A stretch of DNA of 64,000 nt. Source: Azolla caroliniana. Lineage: Eukaryota; Plantae; Polypodiophyta. The translations under genes were made by a program, and so were the position numbers. This document shows, one piece after another, positions 1-12,754 of this stretch; position 1 is the first letter of the stretch, and each line of letters starts with the position of its first letter. Under the pieces are notes generated by a model. It saw only the letters and a program-made list of their open reading frames with translations, did not search any database and was not told where the DNA came from. The stretch is from NCBI GenBank assembly GCA_043228905.1, contig JBHGNT010000020.1, positions 6,944,001 through 7,008,000 on the forward strand, written 5' to 3'.

Positions 1-85
1 TAGCAAAAAGATAAGCATTTCGATGGTGCTAAATTTACCACTTACAGAAAAAAAACCAGAAACTGTTAAGAATGTAGAAACATAC

Positions 86-238
86 GCTTGAATTTCCTTT
101 TTGCCAGCTTTCGCGCCCTCGATCTCTATCAGAACTCCTCCTCTCTCTCATTTCCTGCTCCATTTTTAGCTCTTCCATGAAATGATCTATGTTGCGTGAT
201 TTTGTTCGGTCTCTCTCCTTCCACTTTTCTTCCTCTTT
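86..238 (-). CDS. RRC1: RRC1/SR140-like splicing factor, last coding exon visible (KEEEKWKERDRTKSRNIDHFMEELKMEQEMRERR...)
   Basis: CAG acceptor at 241-239 and GTATG donor at 85. The peptide matches the Arabidopsis RRC1 segment RNIDNFMEELKREQEMRERR. The gene continues beyond the left edge. Confidence 0.92.
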
Positions 239-777
239 CTGGAGACAGAAAAATTGTAACAAAAATATATTACCTAAAGCAGACATATAGTTATTACACG
301 TAATAGTAAATCTAGAATCTATAGCATCACATATAACATATCTTCATTTTTTACTGATCTGGATACATAACAAATCTTTGACATCGCATACGCAACACTA
401 TTTTAGGCACCACCAGCTATTTTGTTTTATACATGAATATATGCATAGCTTCTCAAATTGAAGGGTAAATGAGGAATAAAGAAGGAAAAATTAGCATCTT
501 TTAGGTACCAAAATGGCTTACGAGAATGAACAAAAGATTGTCTTAAAATGTTGTCTCATCTTTGAGAACAACATCATACAGCTAAATTAGTAGAAGTATC
601 TAAAGCTATCAGATGATCTCATTAGCTCTAAAGTGTATATGCCATCCAATTTGAAGAGAATAAAAAATCAAGAAATTATCAATGTAGTAAGAATATGATT
701 TTTACTCAGACTTATTTTTTAGTCACACGTTAGGAAACTACATCCTAAAACTAGTCCAGAATTTCATCTGCAAGAAC

Positions 778-847
778 CTTTTTTTCGATCTCTTTTCCAC
801 TGTTGACAACAGCAGCCAATCCAGGAGGTATAAAAGAAGGTACATAC
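778..847 (-). CDS. RRC1: RRC1-like exon (RYVPSFIPPGLAAVVNSGKEIEKK)
   Basis: TGCAG acceptor and AAG|GTTCT donor. Its phase completes AG+G from the previous exon, and it matches RRC1 RYVPSFLPP. Confidence 0.9.
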
Positions 848-1847
848 CTGCAAGAAGAAATGTACTTTAGGTCACAATTAACAAAGAAAGCACTGGTAAA
901 TTCAGAGTTAGATCATTGGACACCCAAGCACAAAATAATTCGTGATGAAGCTTCAGTCATAATCAGATTTTACAGTCGCTCTAAACATGTCTCAAGAAAG
1001 TAAGAAATTTATATAACTGTCTTCTAAGATGCGACATAGCCAATAAGACCAAGCAGGAGATTACGCCGACAACAAATAAATATAATTAAACATAGGTTAC
1101 TCAAGAATCTAGTTATCTAAGCACTTCAGCCGTCAAAAATCCTTCAATATGAGCGGCTCCAATATTGGGAGATCTCCAAAGTGAGGGAAGCACACTTGGT
1201 GATGGGTGATACAGGATAATGGACTTTATTTCTTGATGACAAAAGTGACAAGGGCCATTATCCATTGATCCAAATGGCATGGGCTATGTGTACAACCCAT
1301 TGTTATTGCCTGATCTAATGTATAACCCCTTTGAGTGTCCTAGTCAAGACCCCACTTGTGCAGCCATCAATTGAATTGTGGCATCAAAACATGTGAGGGA
1401 ACTACAGAAAGTCATGATGTTTCTTTCTTGATGAGCTGTTGTGACTATTCTGTCCTTGTAGAACTTCTCTCCATGTCTCTTGAGTTCTAGAAACAACAGT
1501 TCCACACACCTTTTTATTCCATTCCCTTGCTAGTAGACCAAAGACTTGTTTGAAAAGACAGTGATAACTTCCTCTTATTTCATAAAAAACAGCACAAAGG
1601 CAAACATATTGTTCTTCCGATTCCAATTCCCAGTGGCACAATAGCCAAATCTGTTTCCTGTGAATTTGCAAGAATATCTATCTACCTGTCTCAATCTCTA
1701 GCAAATATTAAGATGTCCTAAGTTTCCGTCTCACTCTAGGGAGTGCACGAGATAGATATGTATCCATATAAGAAGACCTGATGATCAACTCATCTTTTGC
1801 ACATGGAAAAAGTGTCTTACAGAGAACCATCTTTCTACCAAGAGATG

Positions 1848-2027
1848 TTGTGGTACCAAAAGAAAAAAGAAAGGCTATATGAATGTCTTTTAAGAGGCCA
1901 GAGTGGCCTATGAGACCGAACAAGAGGTTACATCTTGTGGTACTAAAAGAAAAACAAAGATATCTATATTTTAATGTCTCTTAAGGGGCCAAAATGGTCT
2001 ATGAGAGCAAACAAGAGATTATATCTT
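1848..2027. repeat. imperfect ~88-bp tandem duplication in intron
   Basis: TTGTGGTAC...TATGAGA..AACAAGAG.TTA.ATC unit starts at 1848 and again at 1935. Confidence 0.75.
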
Positions 2028-2299
2028 ACAATATTTTCTCCTCTTTGAGAACAGAAAACCAAAATAAATATAACTAAACATACCACATATAGTTATATAA
2101 GAAATTTAGAAAGAAAGAAAGAGAAAGTTAATGCCTCTAAAAGACCATAATGACCTTTGCTTATGTTAAATCATCAATGCAAGCAACAAAAGAAAAATGT
2201 CTTTCTATGCTAATATTCAAAACATAAGTGGATTGAAATGTAGTCATGAATCCTGAATAACCAACAATCAGATTGGTTTGGTGCATGGTCATTAGAATT

Positions 2300-3140
2300 G
2301 AATTTGCAACCCTATGAAAATAAGGAAGGTGTCTTTAGTGCATTTTGATGATGGCTTTGGTCTTATGAGATAAGCAGATCAGACATGTGATCGCAGTTGG
2401 TGTTGGCTAAGTTCATATCAAAGAGAAATTCCTGCAGTTGTTGTGGCCCCTCAGATTCATGAATCCACTTTGGCCAAAATGTATCCATGCAAAAGAAACC
2501 TGCCAACATTTTCCGCATAGGTGGATCCATGAACCTCTATGTCTCCTCATCTCAAGAACGAAGAGCACTAAAAGCCTCTTTGATCATTGCACTTCTCTAA
2601 AGGGAGGTCAAAATCCTTCTCTAGAAAGACAATGATACCTTCTGACTCATAATAGACTAGGCAATGACATACATAATACTCCTCTAATTTAACTCCTTGA
2701 TTGGAAAGTTAGTAGATGCAGTTAAGTAAGGCTATATAAGTATATCATCTAGTCTCTACCCTCAGTTGATGAGGTGATGTACAAACCTGCCAAGGACATG
2801 TGAGATATGTCTCCATATGCTTGGCTATCTCATGTGGGCATTGATATTTCACTCCTTAAGAAGCTGAAATCAACATAATTAATGACCTTTCAATGTTTCT
2901 CCAATTTTCCAGATTGAAGAAACTTGATCCCCATATCTCTGCTCCATACAAGGGTGGGTGTAACCTATGTATGGAATGGAACCATAGCTGATGCACAGTT
3001 CTTGCAAATTTTACATAAGCACTTTGTCTTTCAAGAGCCCAAAAGCTGCATGGCCTCTGGAGACTGTTTCTGCCAAGGAGAAATTGGGTTTTGTGAATGT
3101 AAATACCAATTACAAATGCTGGCTACCCATTGAATAGAAA
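2300..3140 (-). mobile_element. degraded LINE (non-LTR retrotransposon) ORF2 remnant in intron; limits approximate
   Basis: 2951-2928 reads LYGAEIWG, a motif typical just downstream of LINE RT domains. The surrounding frame is broken. Confidence 0.45.
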
Positions 3141-5581
3141 TTGGTGATCCAACCTACTCAAGCATGCCTGCGTTGTGTCAAACATCATAATCTTGGTCTT
3201 CCCAAACGAAAAATGTTTTGCCTTACAAACACTGGGCGAACAGTTGAAATGTACAGATGCTAGCAACGAGTGACTTCTGAGAACAAATAATAGATATAAG
3301 TGAACATAGACGGAGAATAAATGGGATACTAAAGCTATATCAAGAAAATATGATTACTATCAGAAGCAATATAACCACAGGCACCTGCAAAGGAGGCACA
3401 TAAACAAAAGAGAAGCAAGAAGATTCATAGAAACCTTTGAAAATCAAAACGCAAAGGAGCTACTGGCTAAAAAATTAGATAGGGTGGAAAGTGTAATAGT
3501 TAAGAAATCAACTACTAAAAGAATTAGCACCATTTCTGAAGTCTGGAGCAAGTAGACTGCCCTCGTTCACACTCTTTTGGCTCTAGATTAGTGAAATGGA
3601 ATACTGTATCAAGCAAGAAAACAAAGATGGATGATAGTTATTACTTGGATTTCAGAGGTTTTACAGCTCATATCTGCTTTATGCTGTTGCTATAGAATCT
3701 TTGGAATAACCGGGTTTATCAGAGAGCCTTAGGACAAATTAACATTCTAATTTGTGAACGGCCATGTTTGACAGCCCCTCCTGGAATTCGAGATTTCTCC
3801 ACCATGGACACAACAGTGACAGATTGACATAAAGATATGCAGATGTCGCTATGCTAGAAAAAAAAAACGAAATGTTCTATGATATCTTCGAAGTGCTAAT
3901 GTCACCTATGATATCAAAAGTTACATCCATGTGAATCTTACAGATTGTCTAGTAAAATACAGTAGATTTAAGTTTGACTTAAAAGCTGCTATGAGATTAG
4001 GATGTGATTACATTAAATTCTAGAGTATCATTGCCACACTTTCAAAGCCCAGATGGAGTGGCTATTTGACATATTGGAGACATATGTTCTCAAATATGCG
4101 GCAGCAATCTGCACCAGCATAAAGCACTGCCTATGATATGACAGAATTTTCAAGACAGTTGCTTGCATATATTGAGAATGAAGTATGGCTACAAACAGTC
4201 ATACAGAGCTTTGAAGGCCTCTGGACAGCTAGCAGAGTTAGGAAAGACTCATGGATGATGTTACGCCCAGATGACCCAATGGTTAGTAGACATGGACAAG
4301 ACCTCACTGTAACTACTCTTCACCTGTCACATACATAGTTGAGAGGAGTAGGATTATGAGACAGGATTGTAAATGATGTGCACATATACCAACAGCAGAA
4401 GAGGTAAGTGGACTATGCAAAGAGAAGGTAGAGAATAAGGGACACAATGTCTGGAGTGACATGGAGATGTAGGGATATTAACATTCTTGCTAGATGTATA
4501 GATGCCACACCCTTTCTGGATGCACCACACTCTGACAGATACTGGGAGTAGGTACTTATGGAGCTTCACCCCTATTAAAATTTTGATAAGATAATATCTA
4601 TATGTGTAATAACATGCGGTACATTGTTAAAAAAGTAATCCAAAAGATTGCCAATCTATCTAGATAATCAAAACGAACTATTATGATCCGTATTTCAGAT
4701 GATTTTATATAATCCAACTACTGACGTCCCATAAAGAGATATAGCACAACTACCTTTTCTTTATAGATCCATTGAAAGAATACTCTCTTCACAATATAAA
4801 TCAATAAGGTATTACAAAATAAGAGATGAATGCATTCTTCTTAGAAAGTTCAAATAATGCAAAAAACCTAAATAAACAGTTGCGACTAGGACAACCCATA
4901 ATTTGGCAGTATCTGAAATGTTAGATGGCATATAGATTTGGAAATCAGACAACAACCAATAGCAATAAGTGGGCTCAGACTGGGAAGGAAGGGATCACAT
5001 GCTGATGGCAGCATGAACCCAACGCCACGCATACAACTCTGTGGGAAGGAAGTATCCTACATTACCTCAGCTGGAGAGAGGCAAAAGACGGGAGAAAGAT
5101 GTGGCATATTTGGGTTGCATGCATTTACCATGATATCATCCAATATAAGATTTAACTGGCAAAATTCATTAGGATGAATTCTTCCTACACAAACAATACC
5201 TACATACATGAAATCAGGAAAATCTGGATCATCAAGAAGAAAGAGATTAGCGACAAAACTAAAATGTGGCAAGAAGTTACAAGTTGAATGATGCCAAATT
5301 CATAACAAAAACATCAGAAGAGGTATTTCACATAAATAGAATTTCATCCAGTGGAAAATGCATATGAATTGTTTGAAACGCCACCTCAAGGGAAAACGAT
5401 ATTATTTTGGCCAAATCCAACCAGGAAACAAGCATTTACTAAATTCACTAGTAATTTTCCTTTCTTCCCACATAAATCTTGATTTTGATATTCCAACAAT
5501 TTAAAGTCAAAAGGTGCAACGAAGACTTGCTGTCTTGCAAAGCTACACATCTATATCTAAACTTCAGAACATAAGTACTTT

Positions 5582-6184
5582 AATCCACATTCAAACCCCT
5601 CATATCTAATTTAGAATAGATAGCAGGGGAAAGGTATGACGTTAGACTTCTCTGTCAGTCTATGAGAGGCATTGAGATTCTTTAAGGCTTTAAAATTCAA
5701 ATAGTTTAATGTGGAAATCAACTTAATTAAGGAAGTTATCTTCTCTACATCAGCTGCACCAAAGCGCATTAACTATACAGGGGAATCCACATTCAAACCC
5801 CTCATATCTAATTTAGAATAGATAGCACGGGAAAGGTATGAACTTAGACTTCTCTGTCAGTCTATGAGAGGCATTGAGATTCTTTAAGGCTTTTAAAATT
5901 CAAATAGTTTAATGTGGAAATCAACTTAATTAAGGAAGTTATCTTCTCTCCATCAGCTGCACCAAAGCGCATTAACTATACAGGGGAATCCACATTCAAA
6001 CCCCTCATATCTAATTTAGAGTAGATAGCAGGGGAAAGGTATGAACTTAGACTTCTCTGTCAGTCTATGAGAGGCATTGAGATTCTTTAAGGCTTTAAAA
6101 TTCAAATAGTTTAATGTGGAAATCAACTTAATTAAGAAAGTTATCTTCTCTACATCAGCTGCACCGAAGCACATTAACTATACA
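5582..6184. repeat. three near-identical tandem copies of a ~202-bp unit in intron
   Basis: AATCCACATTCAAACCCCTCATATC starts at 5582, 5784 and 5987; copies differ at a few bases. Confidence 0.95.
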
Positions 6185-8148
6185 TGATAAATCTTTAAAC
6201 CAGAAACCTAATCCTTTAAGAAATTTTATTACAGCAGCATTCCAAGAATATCTGGGCTTGAATAGAGTTCTTAAAAAATTTCGAAGTATCATAAGGACAG
6301 GGTAAATTGCATTGCATCCAAAATTATCGGACTTATAAAAAGATTTATGGGAAGAAATAAGAAATACAATGTAAGCAACCTAATGCATGAGGGATTCAAA
6401 ATAATAATTTTTCCATGTGGACATTCTCAATGAAAAGTTCTACAAACAGAACACAAACTTCTTATAATAAACTAGAAAATAATTAAGTTATGATAAGATT
6501 TTCAAAGGTTTCACTAAATTATGTTTGAACAAAGAAGGATATAATGAAGGATTATTATTCACACGTTTGAGCTTTAACAAAGACCTTGTTAACAACAAGA
6601 CTTGTCAATGAATAAGAATAGCTGTAACTATGTTGGGGGCAGTGATAGGAGCATGGAACACTCTCTGGAGAATTCAAACATGCTTTGAACTCATAAAATA
6701 CAATGAGTGAATCTTACTTGTGAGTCTCCCATAGAAAATTCCCTGTACTTATACTAGCAACTAGTTTGCACCAAAAGATGCCACGATCTTGTACTAGCCA
6801 TCAGTTATCATAATGGATGATTAATTATAACACCCTGGTCTATGCAATATACAGAAGAGTAGAAAACATTGTGTCTGTACAGTGTATTCTCAAGTTATAC
6901 TTCTAGTGAAGGTGTGGTTGACTATTGTATCATAATGTGCATTGAAAGAGGAAGAGAAGTCTGGTTTGTGATGAAAGTATCCAAGTCTGGCAGCTTCCAT
7001 ATGTACAGATTAGAGTGTCTTAGTGGGCATTGCTCAATAAATAACCGTTGAGGGCTCCACATTCTCATTTTCTTTGTGCATAATGGACTCATGGTTCTTG
7101 CCTCGTGTTGGAAAAACTTAAGAATGCTTTCTCTATAGCATCATAAAAACATGAAGCCTCAAATAAGGGATGGTTTCAAAGATAGCTAAGCCTCTACAAT
7201 AATATTCTATTCTTATTTGCACATACAGCTTATATTTGAACTTGAGATTGGGACAACACAATTACAGTTTGTTGCAAAAGAACGTTAGCACATTGCACAA
7301 TCATGTTTTCATATTGAACATAAGACAATCAAACAGAAAAAATGGTTAAGAATACCTGGGGTAAAGCCTACAAGATCTATGGTAAGAAGGAATGGGTGAA
7401 AAAGGAGAATTAATGGGTGAGAAAGAAACTTTACACAAAACTTGATGACTATTCAGTTTTGAAACATTTTAAAGCCTGTCATTTGCAAAGTGAATAAAAC
7501 TTGAAAGTGACTACATTGTACACTGCATCCAAGATGTATGTTGATTGACAATGTCAAGATAGCTAAAGAAAGAAAATGAAAAAGTACCACATTTATCAGT
7601 TAGAAATGGCTCACCAATTACAAGGGCTAGGTTTGGCCAATATTAATTAGGCAGTAACGCAAGATTCATAAATACAAGAAACATCGGTAGACATGAAGGT
7701 CTATGTGTAGCAAAGAGTTCAATAATCATTGACCAAGAAGGTTATCTACTATAGAGTGTATGGATTGTGTAGGGGCAACATGTTAGCACGGTTATGGGGT
7801 GTGTGAATTGGTAGTATGTCACCCATGCTCTAGGATTATGTAATGGTAGCACATTATCAAGAGTTTCACAAGGTCATTGGTATGTGATCATTCTGCGTTA
7901 TAGGACAGAGGAGATAGATCATGTCACTCCAGAAGCACTACTTCAAGGCATAGATAATATTCTCATAAATATCTATCAAGGGTCCAAAACAGTCAACAAA
8001 AATATAACTACGGATTTCCTCCCCATCTCTGCAGTTAGTAAATATCCCTGTCGTGTTAGCTTATTAGGTAATTGAACATTCACTAGCACCTCACCGTCCA
8101 CCATGTGGAAATATAACCAATCACCGACAAAAATTTCTTTCTAAGTAC

Positions 8149-8197
8149 CTGCTCCCAGGCTTCTTAGAGCCAGAAGAACCTTCTTTGGATCCAGCCC
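8149..8197 (-). CDS. RRC1: RRC1-like 49-nt exon (GAGSKEGSSGSKKPGSR)
   Basis: GTCAG acceptor and AG|GTACT donor. Phases 1 and 2 fit the flanking exons; it corresponds to RRC1 SKDGGSVSKKGSR. Confidence 0.88.
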
Positions 8198-8360
8198 CTG
8201 ACATCAAAAGACGCTCTAATTGAGTCAGGCTCAACGATGATCGTGTGATAGAGGCAAAAATATAGAGTTGAGCTCAAAGATAAGACATAAATCTAGAGTT
8301 CAGTTAGATCCAATGCAAGATTGGCTTATAATACATAGTTCTGTGGCATGTGTATCATAC

Positions 8361-8532
8361 CTTCGCTTTTTGCTTTATCATTTGAACTCCCTCGGGCACT
8401 TGGAGCAGCGGTGTCATGATCATCAGGGTTTATGATTCCACCTCGCACAAATTTTTTTCCTCCAGGTCCCTCTTCAGCCTTGAATGATTCCACAAATTCC
8501 TCATAGAGTCTTGCAGCTTCCTCATCAGCACG
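8361..8532 (-). CDS. RRC1: RRC1-like exon (RADEEAARLYEEFVESF...KFVRGGIINP...)
   Basis: ACAG acceptor and AG|GTATG donor; matches RRC1 ETARLYQEFVESF...TFVRGGTINP. Confidence 0.93.
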
Positions 8533-8625
8533 CTGTATAAACCACAAGACCTTCACTTTAGCACAAAATGTACACTATGCACATAAACCATAAAATAAAA
8601 GAGGGAATAATCAGTCAAGAAGTAC

Positions 8626-8718
8626 CTTCTTCTTAGCTTCTTCTTCCTCTCTGTGTTTTTGAAACGGTGTCTTCTTCCGTATCACAGAGAATGAGGTGAC
8701 TTTGTCATTAGATGAGGA
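8626..8718 (-). CDS. RRC1: RRC1-like N-terminal exon (SSSNDKVTSFSVIRKKTPFQKHREEEEAKKK)
   Basis: Matches the RRC1 N-terminus SFSITRKKTPFQKHREEEEARKK; donor AAG|GTACT at 8625. It starts either at the acceptor AG 8720-8719 or at the in-frame ATG 8724. Confidence 0.92.
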
Positions 8719-8797
8719 CTGCATATCAGTAAGAACGTATGAATTGATAAACTCTCTTAAACTCTCTCTCTCTCTCTCTACCTCTCTTTCTTTAATA

Positions 8798-8930
<133 letters not shown>

Positions 8931-10163
8931 ACCTCTTTATCTCTCTCTTTGCCAAACAGGGAAACCATATACATCGATACATGTTAGAGCAAATCCTGTT
9001 TTCTCACATCCGAACCATTGCTTTCATACGACTTAGTTCACACACACTTCAATTTGGGATAGGATGTTGGGGAATAGGTGATGACACAAATCGACAATGC
9101 ATATTTTACTCTAAATAAGTTCAGAAGTCTGAGTATCACACTTTGATACAATGTTGTACCTTTGATCACATTCAAGTATGCTTTCCACACATCTTTGACC
9201 CAACCCAATCCTTGCATGAGTTTCTCTCACAGTCACAATTTGCTCGCTTTCACATGTATTATGGGAAAACATTATATTGTGGTCTTGTTGGTCATATTTG
9301 ACCTCCAGAGACAACAATAAAATCTCTATTTCTCTCCACTCTGCCAAATATATTGTATCTTTGTTTCGTGGACATTACAAATGAATTTATCGATCTATCT
9401 GAGGACCATTATCATGTACAACATCACCATCAGCTTACAGAGATTTGATCTAGACACCATTAGACAAAGACCTATGCGATAATAAGAGTTCATTGGGTGA
9501 TATACATCTTTCTCCAAGTCATATTGTAAATTGATCTCTCTACCTCCTACAATTTGTACACCTTGGGATTCGTACTATTTTTCTTTCCTTTACCCTTTGA
9601 TCTGATGTTGGTGTCATATTAGATGAAATTTGATCTGATATTGGTCATTTTGTCCTTTATGCAGATGTTTATATGACATACCATTTCTCTCTCTGGCTTT
9701 ACCCTAGTGACATGAAATGAAATATCGCTACTCTCACCATATGACCCCGTGAATGTAGGAAATCAGTGCATTGCCCTCTCTTATTTAGTTCTTTACTTAT
9801 TTATTTAGTTTCCCTGAATATTTAAATTTCTTCTTCTTCTTTCTGCTTCGTTTTCTCCTTTTTACCTTTATCTACAAAATGTTTCCTTATTCTTACCTTT
9901 ATCTACAAAATACTTGACCAGTGAGGACAATAATATAACCCCTCTCTCTCTCTCTCTGGACTGTTCCTTGATCTTTGATTTTCTTCTTCCCCTCCTCCTC
10001 ATTCTTCTTCTTCTTTTTCTTGATAAACAAAAAAAAACAGCTTCCAGAAATATAAAAGAGGAAAACCCTGTAATCCTTGTCACTAAAAAACTCGTCTTTC
10101 TTTATTGTTTCTGCCTGCGATCGAAGCGTGTGTACATTTGTTTCGAGAAAGTGGAACAGAAAG

Positions 10164-10166
<3 letters not shown>

Positions 10167-10216
<50 letters not shown>
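10167..10216. repeat. (GA)n microsatellite near the start of the putative first intron
   Basis: Direct reading of the sequence. Confidence 0.97.
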
Positions 10217-10219
<3 letters not shown>

Positions 10220-10226
10220 GTCTAAC

Positions 10227-10232
10227 CTTCAT
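10227..10232 (-). CDS. RRC1: putative first coding micro-segment (ATG AAG) at the 3' end of a mostly 5'-UTR exon of the RRC1-like gene
   Basis: ATGAAG|GTTAGA donor, phase 0, splices in frame to 8718 giving MKSSSNDKVTSF. Confidence 0.5.
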
Positions 10233-10517
10233 TGAAACGCAGCGAAGCAGCCCCTTCGAATTCGATCTCGCATGCTCTGCAGAGGCTTGGAAGAGGAATA
10301 GGCTTATTCGTCTTCTTTCTTCTTTTCACACAGAGACACAGACAGCGAGAGTGAAGCTCAGGAAAACCAGAAAGAATCAATAAAAGCAATCGGAAAATCA
10401 CCAAAAAATACTACCCTCCCTTCCTCCCTGCTAGTGAGTGCCTAGGGCCCTCTAGGAAGACCTTTTCTTCCTTGCTTGGGCTGGGGTTGGGGCTGGGCTC
10501 TCTTGGACCAGTCCCAG

Positions 10518-10740
10518 GGAAGGAGGCTTCGTGAATCCACCTGAATGCACTATACTACCTATCTCTCCAACTGATGAAAATCGTTCTGTTCTGAGTCTCT
10601 CCAATAAGTTACTCAAAAGAAAGGCGCTACGGAAGGAAGGCGGCTTCGCAAATCCTTCTGCCCTCCAAACATCTTCTTAATGTCATATACTACCTCTCTC
10701 TCCGAGTGATGAATCGTTCTGAGTCTCTCCAATAAGTTAC
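10518..10740. repeat. imperfect ~125-bp direct repeat upstream of the gene
   Basis: GGCTTCG..AATCC, TATACTACCT.TCTCTCC and GTTCTGAGTCTCTCCAATAAGTTAC each occur twice. Confidence 0.7.
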
Positions 10741-11975
10741 CATGTCCATCTCTATTTCACACACACAACATATCATTTCATTATTTGCCCATTATTTCAC
10801 ACTCTCTCCCCGATGAAATTCTCGTTTCTACTTGATTTTGTCTCTGTAGCATTCCATGTATTCTGACCACTACCTAATACAGCTCGGCATCCACCCATCA
10901 CACACGCTCACAAACACAGATATCTATATACTTATAGAAACATTATGAAGATTATACGCACCCACATACACACGTGCACGAAACCTTACACTTTCACGAA
11001 ATTTAGTCTTTGAGAAAAGGTCAACGTTGTACCCTCGAAGTCTCACATTCCATCTTGAGTCCTTGGTCATCCTGCTCACATTTCACATATACGCTCGTTA
11101 TTTTCATGACAACGATAACTACAATTGAAATTCTCTATGAAGGGATTAGGTTATATGTGCCATATCCTCGAGATGAAGATCACATGGCATTAGCAATCGC
11201 AACTGTAGTACCTATCTCGGGTTGATTACATTCGACAATTTTTGGAGAAATTCAATATGCATTCGGCTTGATCTATTTCAAACCCCAACCTTCAGTTGTC
11301 ACGAAAAGACTGCGTGACACTTGGTTTGGAGGGGGGTCATATGAAGTCGATAACATATGCATCAATGGTTGGTGTTGGGAAATAGGTCCCCCCGGATGGG
11401 AAGAGTATGAGCCGAATCGAATAGAGAGTCGACAGAAAATTCGATCGAGGCCGAAATTGAAAATTGAAAATAAAATGACTGAAAATCGACAAATCGAATA
11501 ATCAATTTAATAGCCGATTTGGGAGGCTATGTTTGTAAATAGTCTAGATGTGCCCATTGAGGCTATATTTGTAAATAGTCTGCTATGTATATGAGTATAT
11601 ATACACTTAGGGCAAGTAGTTAGTGTTCATTATAATTGTAACAAGTTACAGTGAGTAGTGGCCTCTGTAACTAGTAAGAGTGAGAGTAGTAACTCTATCG
11701 TCGTCTGTTAGACGAAGACAAGCTTGAGGTTGTTGCCTTTGAGTCTCATTGTACTCCTCTCCATACCTTATAGTGATTTGTTTCTTGGGGTTTGTGGACC
11801 CTCGTGATTTTTTTCCTTTCGGGTTTTCCACGTAAAACATTATGTGCCTTTGCTCTCTTTGAGTTTCCGTTTTGTTGTCTATCTGTGTACTATTTTTTCA
11901 ATCTTTGCACCTCACATACGTAGACAAGTAATCGGTTGTGGCTAGTCATGATCCTAACAAATTGGTATCAAAGCG

Positions 11976-12210
11976 ATGGATGAAAATTTCGGTGTAATGT
12001 TCAAGTTAATTGGTTCCAACTATTCAGTGTGGAAGTTGAAGATGCGGGATATGCTCGCGTGCAAAGACCTATGGTTGCTGGTGCAGTACGGAAAGACGAA
12101 TCCTGACAAGATCGATCCATCGACTTGGGAAGTCATGCATCTGAAAGCGGCGGCATGCGTGAGGTGTTTTATAGACACGAGTCTATACAACAACTTCAAC
12201 GAGGAGACAT
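11976..12210 (+). pseudogene. Copia A gag N-terminus, truncated
   Basis: MFKLIGSNYSVWKLKMRDMLACKDLW is the typical copia gag start; homology is lost after NEET. Confidence 0.85.
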
Positions 12211-12525
12211 ATGAGGTATTAGGATGGCTCCAGCACGACGGAGCACCTGAACGGCTTCCAAGGACTTATAAATCAAGCCACCTCTCTAGAAGTACCTCTT
12301 GTTGATGAGGTATTAGCTTTATTGTACATTTTATTATAGGAAATTAGTGTATATTCCAGATTTCTCTGGAACATTCTAGAAGCTTCAGGATTACACCTGA
12401 AAACACTATAAAAGAGGGCACTAGGCATTATGTTGAACCAAATTGGTTCAACGCCAGTCTTAAGCCTTTTAGCCGCCGTTGTATATTCTCTTCATATAAT
12501 AAATATCTTTCTTATCATCACTCAC

Positions 12526-12578
<53 letters not shown>

Positions 12579-12754
12579 GTCTCACTCACTTCTCCCTTCT
12601 CTCGAAGAAGTTCACACCTCTCGTAGTACTAATCCTTCGTTTAGTACTAATTCCTTCTCTGTCTCAGTACTGTTCATGACAGTTTGAACCAATTTTCCTA
12701 CCTTCTGTCTCTCTCATTTCCTACTAATCTTTTATTCCTCTTTTCTTTCATCCC

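Noticed and set aside
3850-7120. Further possible LINE remnants at ~3.9-4.3 kb and ~6.7-7.1 kb
   Set aside because: Only faint similarity by eye; no motif strong enough to call.
9868-10404. Short ORFs with ERERER tracts
   Set aside because: Microsatellite and UTR/intron sequence; no domain.
10570-10725. TGATGA...CTGA pairs resembling box C/D snoRNA
   Set aside because: The boxes are only ~7-13 nt apart with no room for a guide; explained by the local duplication.
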